From: Lama glama
Lineage: Eukaryota
Reading direction: 5' to 3'
Length of the DNA stretch: 64,000 nt
Assembly (NCBI GenBank): GCA_028534125.1
Contig: CM052818.1
Coordinates: 16,618,001-16,682,000 of the forward strand
Under the pieces are notes generated by a model. The model ran no database searches. It was not told where the DNA came from and saw only the letters and a program-made list of their open reading frames with translations. The position numbers and the translations under genes are program-made. This document shows, in pieces, positions 62,908-64,000 of the stretch; the stretch's first letter is position 1; each line of letters opens with the position of its first letter.

Positions 62908-63135
62908 TTGGCATGGAGTAGTGGGTAAGCACCCAAGCCCTAGAGTGGCTAAGAATGGCTATGTTTGAATCCTCGTTTTGCCATTTATTAGCTAACTGAC
63001 ATCTACTTACTTATTTTTTCTGTACTTCATTTTTTTCATTTATAAAGTGAGTATAGTAGAATTTACTTTGTAAGTTTTTAATGCAGATTAAATTAGCTAT
63101 TTATAAAGCATTCAAAATAATGAATAGTACCCGGT
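62908..63135 (+). mobile_element. MIR SINE
   Basis: 'catggagtagtgggtaagcac...tttgaatcctcgttttgccatttattagct...gattaaattagcta'. Confidence 0.7.
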
Positions 63136-63149
63136 ATTTACTAAATTAA

Positions 63150-63848
63150 TGTATACTTGATTTATAGCAAAAGTACCAATGAAGTTCAGTAGGAGGAATA
63201 TGTTTTTTTTCCCAATAAATGTTGCTGGAGCAATTGAATATCCATGGGAAGAGGTAAATCTTGATCCTCTACTTCATGTGATAACCAAAAGCTAATTTTA
63301 CATGGGTTATGTATCTAAATATAAAAGGTGAAACTACATAGCTTCTAGAAGAAAATATAGGAGAGAATCTTCATGATCTTAGTAGAGCCAAAAATCCCTT
63401 AGTAGAGCCCAATTTCTGATTAAAGGAAAACATTGATAGGTAGGACTTAATCAAAAGTTAAAACCCTTGGTCATCAAAAATACATCAGTAAGCAAATAAA
63501 TAGTGACATGATAGATGGGATAAGATATTGCTAATACATATAGCCAACAAAGGATTCATATACATAACATACAAAGAACTTCTAAAAGTCAACAAGAAAA
63601 AAGCATACAATATAATTTTAAAAATGGACAAAACATTTGACCAGGGACTTTACAAAAGAGGATAGCAAAGTGACCAATAAGCATCTGAAAAAGTAATCAA
63701 GATTGTTACCCTTCAGGAAAACATAAATGAAAACCACAGTAAGACTCTACTATACTCTCACCATTATGACTAAAATTCAAAAGGTTGACAATATCAAATG
63801 TTGGTGAAGCTGTAAGACAACTAGAACCATCATACATTTCTGGATGAA
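63150..63848 (+). mobile_element. Old L1 (L1ME/L1M5-like) ORF2 C-terminal region
   Basis: 'caataaatgttgctggagcaattgaatatcc', 'cttctagaagaaaatataggagagaatcttcatgatctt', 'tgacaatatcaaatgttggtgaag'. Confidence 0.8.
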
Positions 63849-63851
63849 GTT

Positions 63852-64000
63852 TGCGGGAGCCATAAGAATATGCCTTATAAATTTCAAGGTACTGGTAGCC
63901 TTCCCAATAGCCTTGTCAAAATGCCCTTAGCGTACATCGTAGTGTAAGATTCTTCCACCCAACTTGACTTGTCCCCATTCTCCGTGAGGGGTCCAGACTT
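63852..64000 (+). mobile_element. Possible LTR16A-like LTR start, runs off the window edge
   Basis: Abrupt switch out of L1 into 'tgcgggagccataagaatatgcc', resembling a remembered LTR16A 5' end. Confidence 0.35.

Noticed and set aside
63378..63409. Duplicated cttagtagagcc with a 20-nt period
   Set aside because: A trivial local duplication inside a dead L1.

Overview
This is AT-rich, CpG-poor eutherian genomic DNA, intergenic or deep-intronic, with no recognisable protein-coding gene, RNA gene or CpG island. The ORF track is explained by chance ORFs, N-gap artefacts and degenerate L1 ORF2 remnants. Much of the window is fossil transposons: L1, L2, MIR, MaLR/ERVL/ERV1 LTRs and hAT-Charlie DNA transposons, several of them nested. 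The youngest L1 3' ends and the apparent absence of Bov-A/CHR, PRE-1, CanSINE and Alu SINEs suggest a camelid genome (inference). A 500-N scaffold gap lies at 44678-45177. The best structures are: a twin-primed, 5'-inverted L1 with a doubled 3' end that splits a MIR (24014-25777); an ERV1 fragment shaped like its RNA (internal 3' end, PPT, U3-R, no U5) inside an L2 (36824-37247); an 88-bp L1-derived insert with a perfect 17-bp TSD (11951-12072); a MER41-like solo LTR; several repeat-free, motif-dense blocks that may be enhancers; and a speculative set of + strand exons at 12.3-17.1 kb. I found no convincing evidence of a novel biological system. Repeat family names come from remembered consensus sequences, and boundaries are approximate unless a TSD or TIR is cited.
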